64,000 nucleotides of DNA, from positions 81,416,864-81,480,863 of the forward strand of contig NC_057718.1 of NCBI RefSeq assembly GCF_004010195.1. The letters run 5' to 3'. The translations under genes were made by a program, and so were the position numbers. Within the stretch, counting starts at the first letter, position 1, and every line of letters begins with the position of its first letter. Shown one piece after another: positions 26,901 through 39,889 of the stretch. Source of the stretch: Chiloscyllium plagiosum (taxonomy: Eukaryota). Below the pieces are notes generated by a model, which saw nothing but the letters and a program-made list of their open reading frames with translations, did no database searches and was not told the origin of the DNA.

Positions 26901-27010
26901 ATCAAGCCAATCCAGGTAAATCTCTCTTAACCAATATGGGACCGAGCCTTTTACTAGAACCAGTGGTAACTGAACTAGCTGCTTCTCATAAGAGACCAGT
27001 ACTGTAATTT
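23943..27010 (-). mobile_element. Gypsy LTR retrotransposon remnant (protease/RT/RNase H/integrase, PPT, 3' LTR 23943-24091)
   Basis: ORF 25855..26085 NYYSKFIHNLA...LKKGQPWKW...FKEVK...VLAHYDP. Integrase-like PWTQIHIDHAG near 25050-25090. PPT gagggaaggaa sits next to a TG...CA LTR. Many stops and frameshifts. Confidence 0.85.
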
Positions 27011-27800
27011 TCCTTCCTTATTAATCTTTTAGTAATTATTTAGAGTTTTTATATTCTATCAAAACCTCTGATTGTTGCCTATCTTTATCAAGTTATGTTT
27101 TTCTTTTGAGTTTGATACAGTCTTCAACCTTTTTTATTAACCACGGATAGTGGTTTCATCCCTGAGAATGTTCTTATTTGTTGGCATCTATCTATGCTTC
27201 TGAAATATCCCCTTAATCGCTTTCCACTGTATCTCTATTGACTAATCCTTTCACCAAAATTGCCAGTCCACTTTCATGTCCTCATAATTGCCGTGAGCAA
27301 AACACTATTCTTGGACCCACACTTCTCTCCCTTAAACTGTATGTAACATTCAGTCATATTATGTTTGCTGGTACCCAGCAATGCTTTCAGTAATTAATCC
27401 TATTTGGTTAAAATCAGGTTGAGTATAGATCAGTAGTCAGTCAGACCAGTAGTGCAGTCCAATATTACAGTGAGTCCAAAGGTGTGCAAGTTAGGTGGAT
27501 TAACCATACTAAATTGCCCAAAGTGTTCAAGGATGTGCAGGCTAGGTATGTTAGTCTTGGGTGATGCAAGGATAGGCTATGGGAATGGATCTGGGTGGGA
27601 TGCTGTGGACCAGTTGGGCCTAATGGTCTGTTTCCACACTGTAGGGATTCCATGATTCTATTGCATGCTGTCTGGTTGATACCATAATATGCTGATCTAA
27701 GAGGTTGTCCTGAAAATATGCAATGGATTCCTCCATGCAAAGACCTTTTCAACTTTATCATTTCGCAGAGTTAGACAACATCAGGGAAGTAGAAGTGGGC
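27010..27800 (-). mobile_element. CR1 fragment with a + strand SINE 3' half at ~27470-27660
   Basis: Similarity to CR1 endonuclease text elsewhere in the window; SINE tail ctgtttccacactgtagggattc. Confidence 0.6.
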
Positions 27801-27829
27801 AGTCTTGCTGACGGTACAGATTCTTTTTT

Positions 27830-28215
27830 CTTCTGTAATGGGATGTCAGTGTCACTGGCATAGCTTGCATTTGTTGCCCATCACTAATTGGCCTTGAACT
27901 GAGTGGCTTACTAGATCATTTGAGAAGACAGCTAAGAGTTAGCCACATTGCTCTCAGTTTAGAATTGCATATAAGCCAGACTAGACAACAATGGCAGATT
28001 TCCTTCCCTAAAGGATATTATGAACAAGATGGGATTTCACAACAATCAACTATAATTTTCCAGTCACCATCAATGAAAATAGCTTTCAATTCCAGATCTT
28101 TATGAATTTAAATTCCATCACCTATTGTAGGAGGATTTAAACCTATGTACCGCGAGCATTAGCCAGGGTTTCTGGATTACTTATCTGGTCACATTAACAC
28201 AGCACCAATATCTCT
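27830..28215 (-). mobile_element. tRNA-SINE of the second family, degraded
   Basis: Reverse-complement similarity to 11707-12055. Confidence 0.6.
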
Positions 28216-29264
28216 CTGTCATTCAGTGAAGGCTCATCTCAAAATGAAGTATGACACTAAGTTTGAGAACAGTCAGATTCTGTCTCATTCAGTAGTCAGG
28301 GAAAGGGTTGGAGTCATTTATTAGGTAACAAAGTTTCTCGTGGGGAAGCAAGACAGTCACTTTGTAATTCTCAGCATTTAATTAGAAGGGTTTCTGTTTC
28401 TCCAGTACTGGATGCCAAGCAACCAAACAGTCTCTCAGTAAAGAAATGATGGGAAGGTGAAGAATAGTGAGTTTGGGGATAAGTGAGAAGGCAAGCATAG
28501 ACACCTACTATTGAGTCAAGAAGATTCTTTTAGAAGTATATGTGGCATGGCCATTTGAAAAAGGAGGTCCATTTCTGAACAGAATGAATGTTTTTAAATT
28601 CACTTGGCCAAACCAACCAAGCTAAATCTCAGACAGAAAGTAGTGTTTGGATAAGTTTGAAGAGTTGGATCGTGCTGTCTAGAGTTCGTAGCAAAGTAAG
28701 TTATAACTCCTATTGAAGACCTTTTTCTGATAAATTTCATTGTTCCATACTTTGGCTCTGATCATTGATTTGTTCACAAATGTGATTTGTGGGATGAGCT
28801 GTAAAGAATGTTCCAGATAAACACAATTTTCATTGTTGTAGATTTCTTTAGAAGATAAGTAAATGCCAGAATTACATGTGGCTTCTCATTCACTAGGATA
28901 GAAGAACAATAGTCAGTAGTACATGTCAGAAAAAGAAGACTGGTTGAAAATCTGTTTCTACTCCTATGTAATTAGAATTGACACTTGTAATAAGGTTCAT
29001 AGTTTTGCAGTTCATACGCTTCGAAGAAAATACAAAAACTTCAATATTTTGTTTTATTAACTTCTGGGCAAAAAGTCAGATTACCATTTTTAACTGTTTT
29101 AATAAGGATGAATGCTGTTTTACTTTTATAAATGTTTTAATTCTGTGTAAGATATAGCAAAAAGACTTTGCTGGGAAAATAGAAACACTTCTTCAAATGA
29201 AGAAATCTGGTTTAGTCTTTCTGTCATTCTAGATGGGACTATGTGCCTGAAGCAGTGTGATATA

Positions 29265-30690
29265 GATAGTCATAGAAATGTACAGCACAGAAACAGACTC
29301 TTCAATCCAACTCATCCATGCCAACCAAATATCCTAACCTAATCTAGTCCCATTTGCCAGCACTTGGCCCATATCCATCTAAATCCTTCCTATTCATATG
29401 CCCATCCAGATGCCTTTTAAATGCTGTAATTGTACCAGCCTCCACCACTTCCTCTGGCAGCTCAATTCATACACACACCACCCTGTGTGTGAAAAAGTTG
29501 CCCTTTAGGTTCCTTTTATATCTTGCCTCTTTCATCCTAAACCTATGCCCCCTCATTCTCGACTCCCTACTCCAGGGAAAAAAACCTTGCCTATTTATCC
29601 TATCCATATCCCTCATGATTTTATAAACCTCGTGAGGTCACCCTCAGCCTCTGACGCTCCGGAGAAAATAGGCCAGCCTATTTAGCCTCTCCCTATAGCT
29701 CAAGTCCTCCAACCCTGGCAGCATCATTGTAAATCTTTTCTGAACCCTTTCAAGTTTCACAACATCCTTACAATAAGAAGGAGACCACAATTGCAAACAA
29801 TATTCTATCCTGTCACAATATGACCTCCCAACTCCTATACTCAATGCTCTGACTAATAAAGAAAGCATACCAAACACCGCCTTTACCATCCTATCTACCT
29901 GTCTCTACTTTCAAGGAACTATGAACCTGCACTCCAAGGTCTCTTTCTTCAGCAATACTCCCCAGGACCTTACCATTAAGTGTATAAGTCCTGCTTTGAT
30001 TTGCTTTTCCAAGATGTAGCACCTCGCATTTATTTAAATTAAACTCCATCTGCCACTCCTCAGTCCATTGGCCCATCTGATCAAGATCCCATTGTCCTCT
30101 GAGGTATCCTTCTTTGCCGTCCACTATATCTCCAATTTTGGTGTCATCTGCAAACTTACTAACTATAGCTCCTATGTTCACATCCAAATCATTTATATAA
30201 ATGACAAAAAGCAGTGGACCCAGCACCGATCCTTGTGGCACTCCACTGGTCACAGGCCTCCAGTCTGAAAAGCAACCCTCCACCCTTTGTCTTCAACTTT
30301 GAGACAGTTCTGTATCCAAATTGCTAGTTCTGCCTGTATCCCATCAGATCTAACCTTGCTAACCAGTCTCCCATGAGGAAACTTGTCAAACGCCTTACTG
30401 AAGTCCATATAGATCACGTCTACTGCTCTGCCCTCATGAATCCTCGTTGTTACTTCAAAAAACTCAATCAAGTTCGTGAGACATGATTTCCTACGCACAA
30501 AAACATGCTGAATAGCCCTAATCAGTCCGTGCCTTTCCAAATGTATGTAAATCCTGTCCCTCAAGATTTCTTCCAACAACTTGCCCGTCACCAATGTCAG
30601 GCTCACCAGTCTGTAGCTCACTGGCTTTTCCTTATCACCTTTCTTAAATAGTGGCACCACATTAGCCAACCTCCAGTCACCTGTGACTAT
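29265..30690 (-). mobile_element. CR1 (HER1-like) LINE, 5'-truncated
   Basis: ORFs 30250, 29891 and 29644 carry YMDFSKAFDK, SGVPQGSVLGPLLF and KFADDTK. Confidence 0.93.
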
Positions 30691-30829
30691 CGCTGATACA
30701 AATAATAAATCATCATGGCTGAATGCTATGTTGATGCACTGAAGCAATTATCCATGCCTGGTAAAGATAAAGATAAAATTTGTACAAGCTATCTTAAATG
30801 TTTCAGCTCCTTATATATTTTGTTTGGTA

Positions 30830-33800
30830 TAGACCATAAGATGTAGGAACAGAAGTAGGCCATTTGGCCCATCTTGTCTGCTCTCATTCAATGAGACCAT
30901 GGCTGATCTGATAATCCTCAACTCCACCTTCCCATTTTATCCCCAGAAAACTTGACACCCTTAATGATTAGAAATTTGTCTGTCTCAGCCTTGAATTTAT
31001 GTAATAACTCAACCTCGACAGCACTCTGTGCTACAGAATTCCACAGATTTACTAACCCTTGAGAAAAAGAATTCTCCTTCTCTCTAAGTAAAATGAGTGA
31101 CTTTTTACTGTGAGATTATATCCTTTGGTCATAGATTCTCCCACAAGGGGAAATAATCTCTCCACATTGTTATAGACCAGACCAAATCCCCTCAAAATAT
31201 ATTAAGATGATAGCCTGGTCCCTAATATTTTCTTACTCTAAAGTTAAATATAAGGTGTTGTGTTCCAAATGCAATTCAATTGGTCAAACTACTCAACTTT
31301 AAGAAAAGCACACTTAATTTTTATAATATAGTTAAAATAAAAACAAAATAAAAGAATTGGCTTAGCTATAAATCTGACAAAATGCTTAATACAATAATGA
31401 ATGTATTAACTACTACTAATTAACTGTTCCAATATAGTAATATCCCATTAACCCACCCTTGACAAAAGAAAATTCAGTAAAATAAATTGTCTCACGTGCA
31501 ATTCTAGGAGCAGAAAGAGAATCCCAGCTTTTAGCTGTAACAGAGAGGAATAAGAGCTTCCACATCAGCTTCAAAACTCCAACTGCTGAAAACTGAAACT
31601 AAAATGATTGGTTCTGTGAGAGATTGACCGCACTTATTCAGGCAATTTTAATTGTTTCAACTTAAAAAGGAAAAAAACCCCAAGCTGTTTACTTTATTGG
31701 GTTTAAGCAGACCACTCGCTCTTTCTGTATCAAGCTTTCTTCATTTAAAATATGCAGGGAAAAAATACACCTTTTAAAGCCCTAATTTCATCACAGCATC
31801 AACTCTGTCAAATTTCCTAAGAATCTAATATCTTGCAATAATTTCTCCGCTCATTTACCCAAACTGCAATAAGCACAAATACATCCTACTTAACCTTTCG
31901 TCATAAGAATATCTCTCCTGAAATGGAATCAACCAAGTGGACCTTCTATGAACTGCCATCAATACCATTATCTTTCCCTAGATAAGAGGCCCAGAATTGT
32001 TAACAGTACTCTGGCTGTGGTCTGACTTTTAGCAAGATCTCCCGTATTTTATACTGTGGTCCCTTTGAAGTAAAGACCAATGTTCCATTTGCTTTCCCAA
32101 TGATTCACTGAATTTGAATGCCAGATTATTGTGATTCATGCACTGAGACTCCCAGTTTTCTGCAGTCTTTCACCATTTAAGTAGTTCACCTTTTCTATTC
32201 ATTCTGCAAAAGTGCATAACCTCACATTTTCCCACATTATATTTCACCTGCCAAATTCTTACTCACTGATTTCACCTGTCTGTATCTCTCTGTCAACTCC
32301 TGTGTCATCCTCACTAGTGTCTTCCCATCTGTTTTTGTCATATTCAAACTCAGCTATAGTACATTTGCTTTCATCATCCAAGTCGTTCATATACATGTTA
32401 AATAATAGTTGCCCCAGCACTGACCCCTGTGGTACTCATCTCAGTACAGGTTGTCATTCTGGAAATGCCCTTTATCCCAACTCTCTTCTATTAGTTAACC
32501 AATCCTCTACCTCTACTTATATACTACCCCAAACACCATTGGCTCTTAGCTTATTCAGTAACCTTATGTGTGGTGCTTTATCAATAGTCTTTTGGAAATC
32601 CAAATATATTACATCAGTCGTCATTCTTTATCTATCCTGCATGTTACCTCCTTAAAGAACAGTAATAAATTTTTGAGGCATGATTTCCTTTCATGAAGTC
32701 TTGAGGACTCTGCTTGATTATATTGTCTGTTTCCAAATGCTCTGCTGTTACTTTCTTTATAATAGACTCCATAACATTTTCTCTATGACAGCTAACTGGC
32801 CGATATCTATCTGCTTTTGTCTCCTTCCACTTTTTACATAAAGGTGTTACATTAGCAGTTTTCCAATTCTCCAGGACTTTTCCAGAATGAGTCTATTCTT
32901 AGAAGATTACTGACAGTGCGTTCCATAGTTATACAGTTATTTTCTTTAAAATTCTAGAATAAAACTCATAACGTCCAGGGGATTGATCAGCCTTTGATCT
33001 CATTAGTCTCCCTAATACTATTTTGCTAGTGGTAGCTATTATGTTTATTTCCTCCTCCACTTTAGCCTCTTGATTATTTAGTATTTTGGTAATGCTATTA
33101 GTATCCTGCTCCATGAAGACTGGTGCAAGTATTTGTTCAACTCCGCTGCAATTTCCTGATTCTTATTATTTCCCTAGCCTCATTCTCTCAGGCTATGTTT
33201 CTATTGTCCCTTTCTTCCTCTATTAAAGAAGCTCATATTATCCTTCTTTATGTTACTTGCTCATTTGCACTTTGTTCACTTTCTCCCTTTTTTATCATTT
33301 TTTTGTTTGGTCATTTTTTGTTGGCTTTCAAAACTTTCCCAATCCTCTAATTTAACACCATCTTTGTCACATTGAATTTTTTTCTTTCAATTTGGTACTA
33401 TCCTCAACTTCCTTGGGTTTATCATGGTCACTTTATCTCCTTCCTAGAATCCTGCTTACTCACTGGGATATATGTTTTCTGTGAGTCATGAACTATTTTT
33501 TTAAATGTCTGCAATTGTTCATCAACTGTATTTACCTGATAAATTCCTTTCCCAGTTCAAGCAAACTCTGCTTTCCTTCCCACATAATTACTCTTATTTA
33601 AGTTTAGCACTGTTGTTTCTGACCCAGGTTTCTTACTCTGAAATTGAAAGCTAAGTTCTACCACATTATGGTTACTGTCTCTAGGGGATCTAATATTCTG
33701 AGATCATTTGTTAAATCTGCTTCATTGCACATTACCAGATCCAAAATACCCTGTTGGTTCCACAACATAGTCTTCTCAGAAGCTATACCAATGCACTGTA
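30830..33800 (-). mobile_element. Degraded CR1 (endonuclease to 3' UTR) interrupted by a solo LTR
   Basis: ILDLVMCNE and DQSPGRYEFYSRILK motifs; CR1 3' UTR at ~30830-30900. Confidence 0.75.
31168..31795 (-). mobile_element. Solo LTR (628 bp)
   Basis: TGT...ACA termini, 4-bp TSD acat/gcat; the flanking CR1 text is continuous across it. Homologous to 51828-52473. Strand inferred from the poly(A) signal in the other copy. Confidence 0.75.
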
Positions 33801-34196
33801 TGAATTCCTTACACGGGGAGAACATGCCATCTCTACACATCACCTAAGGATAGATTCGAACCCAGGTCCCTGAGGCTGACTGGCAGCAGTGCAGACCACT
33901 GTGCCATCATCAACAAATCTTATCATGTGCAATACAAAGCTAATCTAATGTCCTAATTTTTGTTTATGGCCTGTTTCTTTCCTTTGTCAAATATTTATTA
34001 CTTTTTTTCTTAATAATTGCAATGGCTACCATCTCAGTTCCTCCATGTTACAAATGCTGTGACTGCTTCATACATAGAAAAAAATTGTCTTGACTCCATT
34101 TGAATCACTATTCGTGATCTCTGCCTTTGTCTCTCTTCCTCCTTCTTCAGGTGCCATTATTCTGATTATTTTTTCCCTAAAGTTCCAAAGCAATGG

Positions 34197-34735
34197 AGGA
34201 GTCCAGGACTAGAGGGCATAGGTTTAGGGTGAGTAGGGAAAGATTTAAAGGAACCTAAGGGGTAACTTTTTCACACAGAGGATGGTGTGTGTCTGGAATG
34301 AGCCGTCAGAGGAAGTTGTGGAGACTAGTTCAATTACAACATTTAAAAGGCACCTGGATGGGTATATGAATAGGAAGGGTTTAGGAGGATATGAGCCAAG
34401 TGCTGAGAAATGGGACTAGATTAGGTTAGGATATCTGGTTTGCAAGGATGGCTTGGATTGAAGGGTCTGTTTCCATGCTGTACGGCGCTATGACTCTGAG
34501 TGGTGAGAGTGAGGAGTTGAAAGAAATTAACATTGATAAGAAGGTTGTTCTGGAGAAATTAGTGAGGCTAAAAGTTGATAAGTCCCCAGGACCTGATAGT
34601 ATTCATCCCAGACGTTTAAGTATGTGGCCGTGGAGATAGTCAGTGCATTAGTGGTCATCTTCTAAAACTCTATAGATTCTGAAATGATTTCTGCAAATTG
34701 GAAGCTGAGCCCAGTATTTAAGACAGGAAGAAGAG
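34197..34735 (+). repeat. Chimeric CR1-3'-end/CR1-internal segment, paralogous to 56538-57075
   Basis: Same junction tatgactc..agtggtgaga.tgaggagttgaaagaaatta and shared diagnostic variants. Confidence 0.8.
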
Positions 34736-36054
34736 ACCAAATATCTTGGAGGGTTATGAGGCTGGAAGGGTTACAGAGATGGGGAGGTGAGGTCATGTGG
34801 TTAATTGAATACCAAGATATGAAATTTAAAATCAAGATATTGCATGTCCAGCAGCCATCATGGATTAGTGAATGCAGTTTTGATAATGGAGCTTTATTTA
34901 AGTTGAGATGCAGATAGCAGAGCTTTAAATTAATTCAATTTTACAGCATATAGAATATGGGAAATCAGCCTTTGTTTGAATAGTCCGATCTGAAAGTAGA
35001 ACCATGACTGAAAATTTCAGCAGTGGATGAGCTGAGACAGGGTGAAATCCAGTAAATCAGGTGATGTTATGGAAGTGGAAATAGGTGATCTCAGTGCAAC
35101 TACATTGTCGGGTCAACTTGGGCTTCAAGGCTGTGAACAAGCTAGTTTAATCTCAGTCTTTGTCAAATAATAGTAACAATGGAACAGGATGTAAAATGAA
35201 TGGACGTGGCCTTTGCAATGTTTAAATGGTGAAAAATTCTTCTTAGTTGTTAAGAAATATCAGATAAGCAGCCTGACAATTTACCAACGAAGAAGTGGTG
35301 ATAAGATCGAGCTATGTTGCATTAGCAGAATATATAAGATCATGTAAAAGACAAGTTTCTATGTCTAAAGTCTTTTTCAACAAATAGGGGATCAACCTTT
35401 ATGTGTGTCATATATTTGGGAAAGTTTGAATCCACTCCCTGCCATTACTGTGCTATAGCAGCTACCACATCGAAGAGTATATGCACCAAACCTGCCCACA
35501 AAAGTTGCAAAAAAAGCGGTGCCAGTAATAACTGCATACTAAATTCCCTACAGTTCTAAATGCAAATCAAATAGAAAAGCCATATACAAACTTATTTAAT
35601 CTCATTCAGTTTTTTTCACAATGCAGAAAAAGTCTACTTGGCAGAAGAGCATACAGTGAATGTATGTCAAAATCCATAGAAATCAACTGCCTGTTGAACT
35701 ACAGAACCAAATAACTCACTCCAGTCTGCTTTTTGAATGACACAAATTGTATATGATAATTACAAAACTGGAAAATTCCTTAGCACTCTTGTGTTTTTGC
35801 ATGATTTTCTCTAACATCTGGGCATTTCAGCACCAAAAGAAATCTTCAAACTTTACAAATGGTGAGTTTGGCAGTTTTTCTTCACACCTATCCCAGAAGT
35901 GTTTTCTGTTCTGGTATTTATATCCTGGGTGAGTGATTTTCAGTAACACTTCTTTGTGGGTGATGTTGGAAAATCATGGCACAATGTTTTGAAAAGAGTT
36001 AAGATGACAATTGCAGAACATTTTTCTTCATGTCATGTTAAGAATAGGCCTCCG

Positions 36055-36066
36055 ACTAATTCTAAT
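36055..36066 (+). promoter_or_regulatory. Bipartite QKI response element (ACTAAT-N2-TAAT) overlapping the likely branch point of the QKI-6 acceptor
   Basis: gACTAATtcTAATtccc, about 20-30 nt upstream of the AG; matches the QRE consensus ACUAAY-N1-20-UAAY. Confidence 0.65.
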
Positions 36067-36084
36067 TCCCTTCTCTATCTTTAG

Positions 36085-36110
36085 GTATGGCTTTCCCAAC
36101 GAAAGGCTAA
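36085..36110 (+). CDS. QKI: QKI-6 terminal coding segment (G)MAFPTKG*
   Basis: Acceptor ctctatctttag; G|GT ATG GCT TTC CCA ACG AAA GGC TAA is the known QKI-6 C-terminus. Confidence 0.97.
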
Positions 36111-36903
36111 GAATTCAAGGACCATGTTACTGAACCCTCGTCAGATCCGAACTTTAACAAATGCTTAGTTTCACAGCAGCCTTGGATAAATGAGCCCACC
36201 CTGACTGTCAGTGAAATACTAGCATTGTGTGCGTGTGCACATATTTGGAAACCAGCTGGGTCAATTAGTTACAATTCTGACCTAGTGTTCCTCCTATCAT
36301 TTTGTTACATCTATCCCAGAGGAATCACATGTAAAGTATTTCATTGTCTGTTTGGTGTGGGGTTCATCCAATACTGTGTTTGCTTTACAAATCACCTAAT
36401 TCTTTGCCATTTGTAGCTCGCAGCTTCTGAGCTAAGTGTGCATTTTGTAGGTCAATTGCTGAAGAACTTTTAAAATCTGTAGAGGTTTTATTTTTTAAAA
36501 ATCGATCTCAGTATTGATTCAGTGTTATGATGAATTAAAACTTGTTCGTCCGCAAGAAGCACTCCACTGATTATGTGACTATTAAAACTTAATTGTGTTT
36601 GGATCTAATTGAATTATCTCATACAGTGGGATTTTTAACAAATAGATAATAATTGTTTAAGACTGTCTTTTAAAACGGAATGCAATATTAACATGCACAG
36701 TTGTACTCTCTTTAGTAGTTTCTGCGTAAAATGTTCAAATTATAAAGGTGCTGTGCCTTAAACTGTTTTTAACTGATTATCATGTAGTAATTTCTAATGT
36801 AAACCCATCATTGATCTAATGTTAAGATGCTATTGATAAGTTAATCAATCACTTCTTAGGAAATTCCTCTAATCATGTGTTGGAAATGTTGCAATTTAAC
36901 TAG

Positions 36904-36978
36904 GTGCAGTGGCTACTAAAGTTCGAAGGCACGATATGCGGGTCCATCCTTACCAAAGGATTGTGACCGCAGACCGAG
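36904..36978 (+). CDS. QKI: QKI-5 exon 7c: (G)AVATKVRRHDMRVHPYQRIVTADR, including the RVHPYQR nuclear localisation signal
   Basis: Acceptor tttaactag, donor GTTAGT, 75 bp; peptide matches vertebrate QKI-5. Confidence 0.98.
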
Positions 36979-39889
36979 GTTAGTTTAGTACTGGAGTTCT
37001 TGTTTTTTGTTGAACATGTTGACTGAAAGGCTGCTGCTTTGCAACATCACATCGGGTGGAGTTAACTGATGGCCTAATTTCTGAGGACCAGTCATGTCCA
37101 TTTTTGTTCTGCCAAATATCATTGTGCCCACCAACTCTTCAAGATTTTTTGTTGCAAAGCTTTTTGAGAACTTTAAAGTGTAAGTTCTCCACATAAGACA
37201 AAGGAGATGGAAAGATATACTAAGCTGGAGAAAGGGAACATTGATGTTCCTGTTCCCTGTCTGGTAAAATTGTGAACATTGGGGTGCATATTCTAACTGT
37301 CAACCTGTGTTTCATATTCGGGGAAGGGAGGGAAATGTTTTCACATATGTGAAAAAGTTATTATTGACAAATCCAAAAAGGCTTTTTTAAACTATACTTC
37401 ATACAGGACCAATTTCTTTTCCTTGAAGAGAAGTCGTCCTAATTGTGCCTTTATAATGTTCAATGAAATGTTACACACGAAAATGAATTTATATAATATG
37501 TACTTGATTTTTATTGTTGCTTGTTGAGGGGTCCATGAACTTTTAAAAACTGCATTTGGATGTATTATGCTTCAGGTAAAGTTAGGATTTTATCAGACTG
37601 TTTCTTATTTTCCCTTTTTTTCCAGTAGTTTACACATAGGTCTTAACAGGAAATTGAATGTTCATTTTCCCAACTGTTGTTATAGTTTAACACTCTTAGA
37701 CATACAAGTGGAAAAACATAGTGTGAAATTAATGTACTTTAGGCTTGCTTAAGCACCATAAATTTGACAGCTAAGATCCTTATTACCTAATCAATCTTCA
37801 AAATGACTATTACATCCAAACTATATAAATCTTTGTAAGTTAAATTTCCCATTATATTTTAATGAAAAGATATAACTGTGGTGAAATACCACTTTTTCTC
37901 CACTTCTTGATAATAAGTGGAACTGCACCAATAGCCCAGTTTCCCTTAGCTACTTTGTTTTCCATGTCCATTTTGTCACATATCCAAATTGTGTTCATTA
38001 TCAGGAGAACCAATTTTATGTAAAGAAATGTACTATATTTTAAGCGCACTTTACATTTTACGTGAAATTGCATCTTATAGCGAGAAGAAAATGAACTCTT
38101 GTGGAAGACCCTAGTACATTACAGATCTAGTACTTGCCACAAACAAAATAAAAGCCAGCTTTCCTTCGCGTGCTTTGTTCCAATGCTTTTATGCCCCACT
38201 ATCATTCCTAACACTAAATATTTGCATTCAGATGATAGTTTAATATCTACATGCTGTGTTGGAAGCCTGAATTACTACTAGGTATTCCAGCAATATGTTT
38301 GGACCTTTATTTATTCGAAAACAGACACTGTTTAAAGGCAGTGTCTCCCAACTAGTCTGAGGAACTTCTGTATTCAATATATTAGCTTCCACAGGCAATC
38401 TTAATTACTGCTGTTGATGGGTTATTTAGATAGATGGTTCTCTTTCTTTGCATAGGATTGAGCTTCTTAAACATTTTGCAACAGTAAAAACTATTTTCCG
38501 ATTAATTTAGATGTAATAATTTTAATTAAGTATTTAGAATTGGTGATGGGTTAATGAGTGCATAGTTCCTTACTGCTAAGAAAATGACCCTTCAGTGTAA
38601 CTTTACAGAATTGTATTTGGTACAGATAACAAGATAGACAGACTGACTGAAGTAATTGGAATAAACTCCACATTGTGTTGCACAGTTTCTGAACCTGTGT
38701 GTACTGTTGAAAGCCTGGACTGAACAGAGGATCTGTAGCAGGTGTATTGGTTGATTAAATACATTATAGCCACTTTGTTGGCCCTTAAAGGCTGTATATT
38801 TTAAAAGATAAAAAAGTGTTTAGTTTACTGTGAGCATATTGCAGCTTTTTAAAAAAAACCTCAAATTTTTAGCAGGGTAAAATATTATTTTTCTTTTTGT
38901 TTCAAGAATTTGCAGTAAATGAGCCCTAGAATGTAAACAATAATTTCCAAGACATCAGTTTTCTCTTCATTTTTTTTTTAACAGGTACACTGAAAAAATT
39001 GTCATCACAGAATTAGATATTCTAGCGTCGTGATTTTGGTTGCTGAGGCACCTGGAAATTGTTTAACCAGTGCCTGATTCATGCAGTACAAATTCATGGC
39101 CTTGCAATAGCCGTCAGTGGGTGATGCACTCCTATTTTAGCCCACTAATGTAACATGAAAAAGATGTGCTGTTCTTCTTTTTCCCCCCTAAGGAGGATGA
39201 GGTCCATAAATATGTACATAAAATGGTGAACAAATACAGCCTTATGTATAGGCCACCAAAAGGGATGCTATTGTTAAGAATAACACTGACCTTACCTTGC
39301 TGAAATGGCACAAATTTGACTTTGCACTGAATAATTTATTTCATTTCCTCTGTTTTAGTCTTGTGGCCAACAGTACAATATTTTGAAACCTCAGAATTTT
39401 GATACATGTTAAGCTGTTGAACAAAAGTCTTATTTTACATTTAAGTGGACCAAGTTGGGTGGAGGAAATGGGAGAACGAAAGAGAGTGAGATACAGAGAT
39501 TCCAGAACGCTGTGACTTATCACTTTCCACTTGAGAACTTATGTTTTACTGTAATCATCTCCATTTTAAATTTTTTTTTGCAAAGAAAATAGTATTACAG
39601 GTGGCTTCTTTTTAAAAAGTATAAAAATATAAAGCAGGAATGTATATGAAAATGTCAGATTTTATTGTATTTGCAGAGTATTAGCATTGAAATTCAAAAA
39701 GAGGGCTATTTGTAGTTTAAAATGTGCATTATAGTGTCAAGTAGAAATTCATCTATTTTTGGATATATTTTAGGGCTTTATAAATGTAGACTTTTAAACG
39801 GCAGGAGTTCTATTGTGTTTACATGCGAATGCATTTTATACAAGACTGTCCTCTAAGTGTACAATAGTACTCTCAACTGGAATTTGTTG

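Noticed and set aside
34118..34212. Strong acceptor (pyrimidine tract + cag at 34150) as an extra QKI terminal exon
   Set aside because: It reads into a CR1 fragment and gives an unremarkable peptide; no other support.
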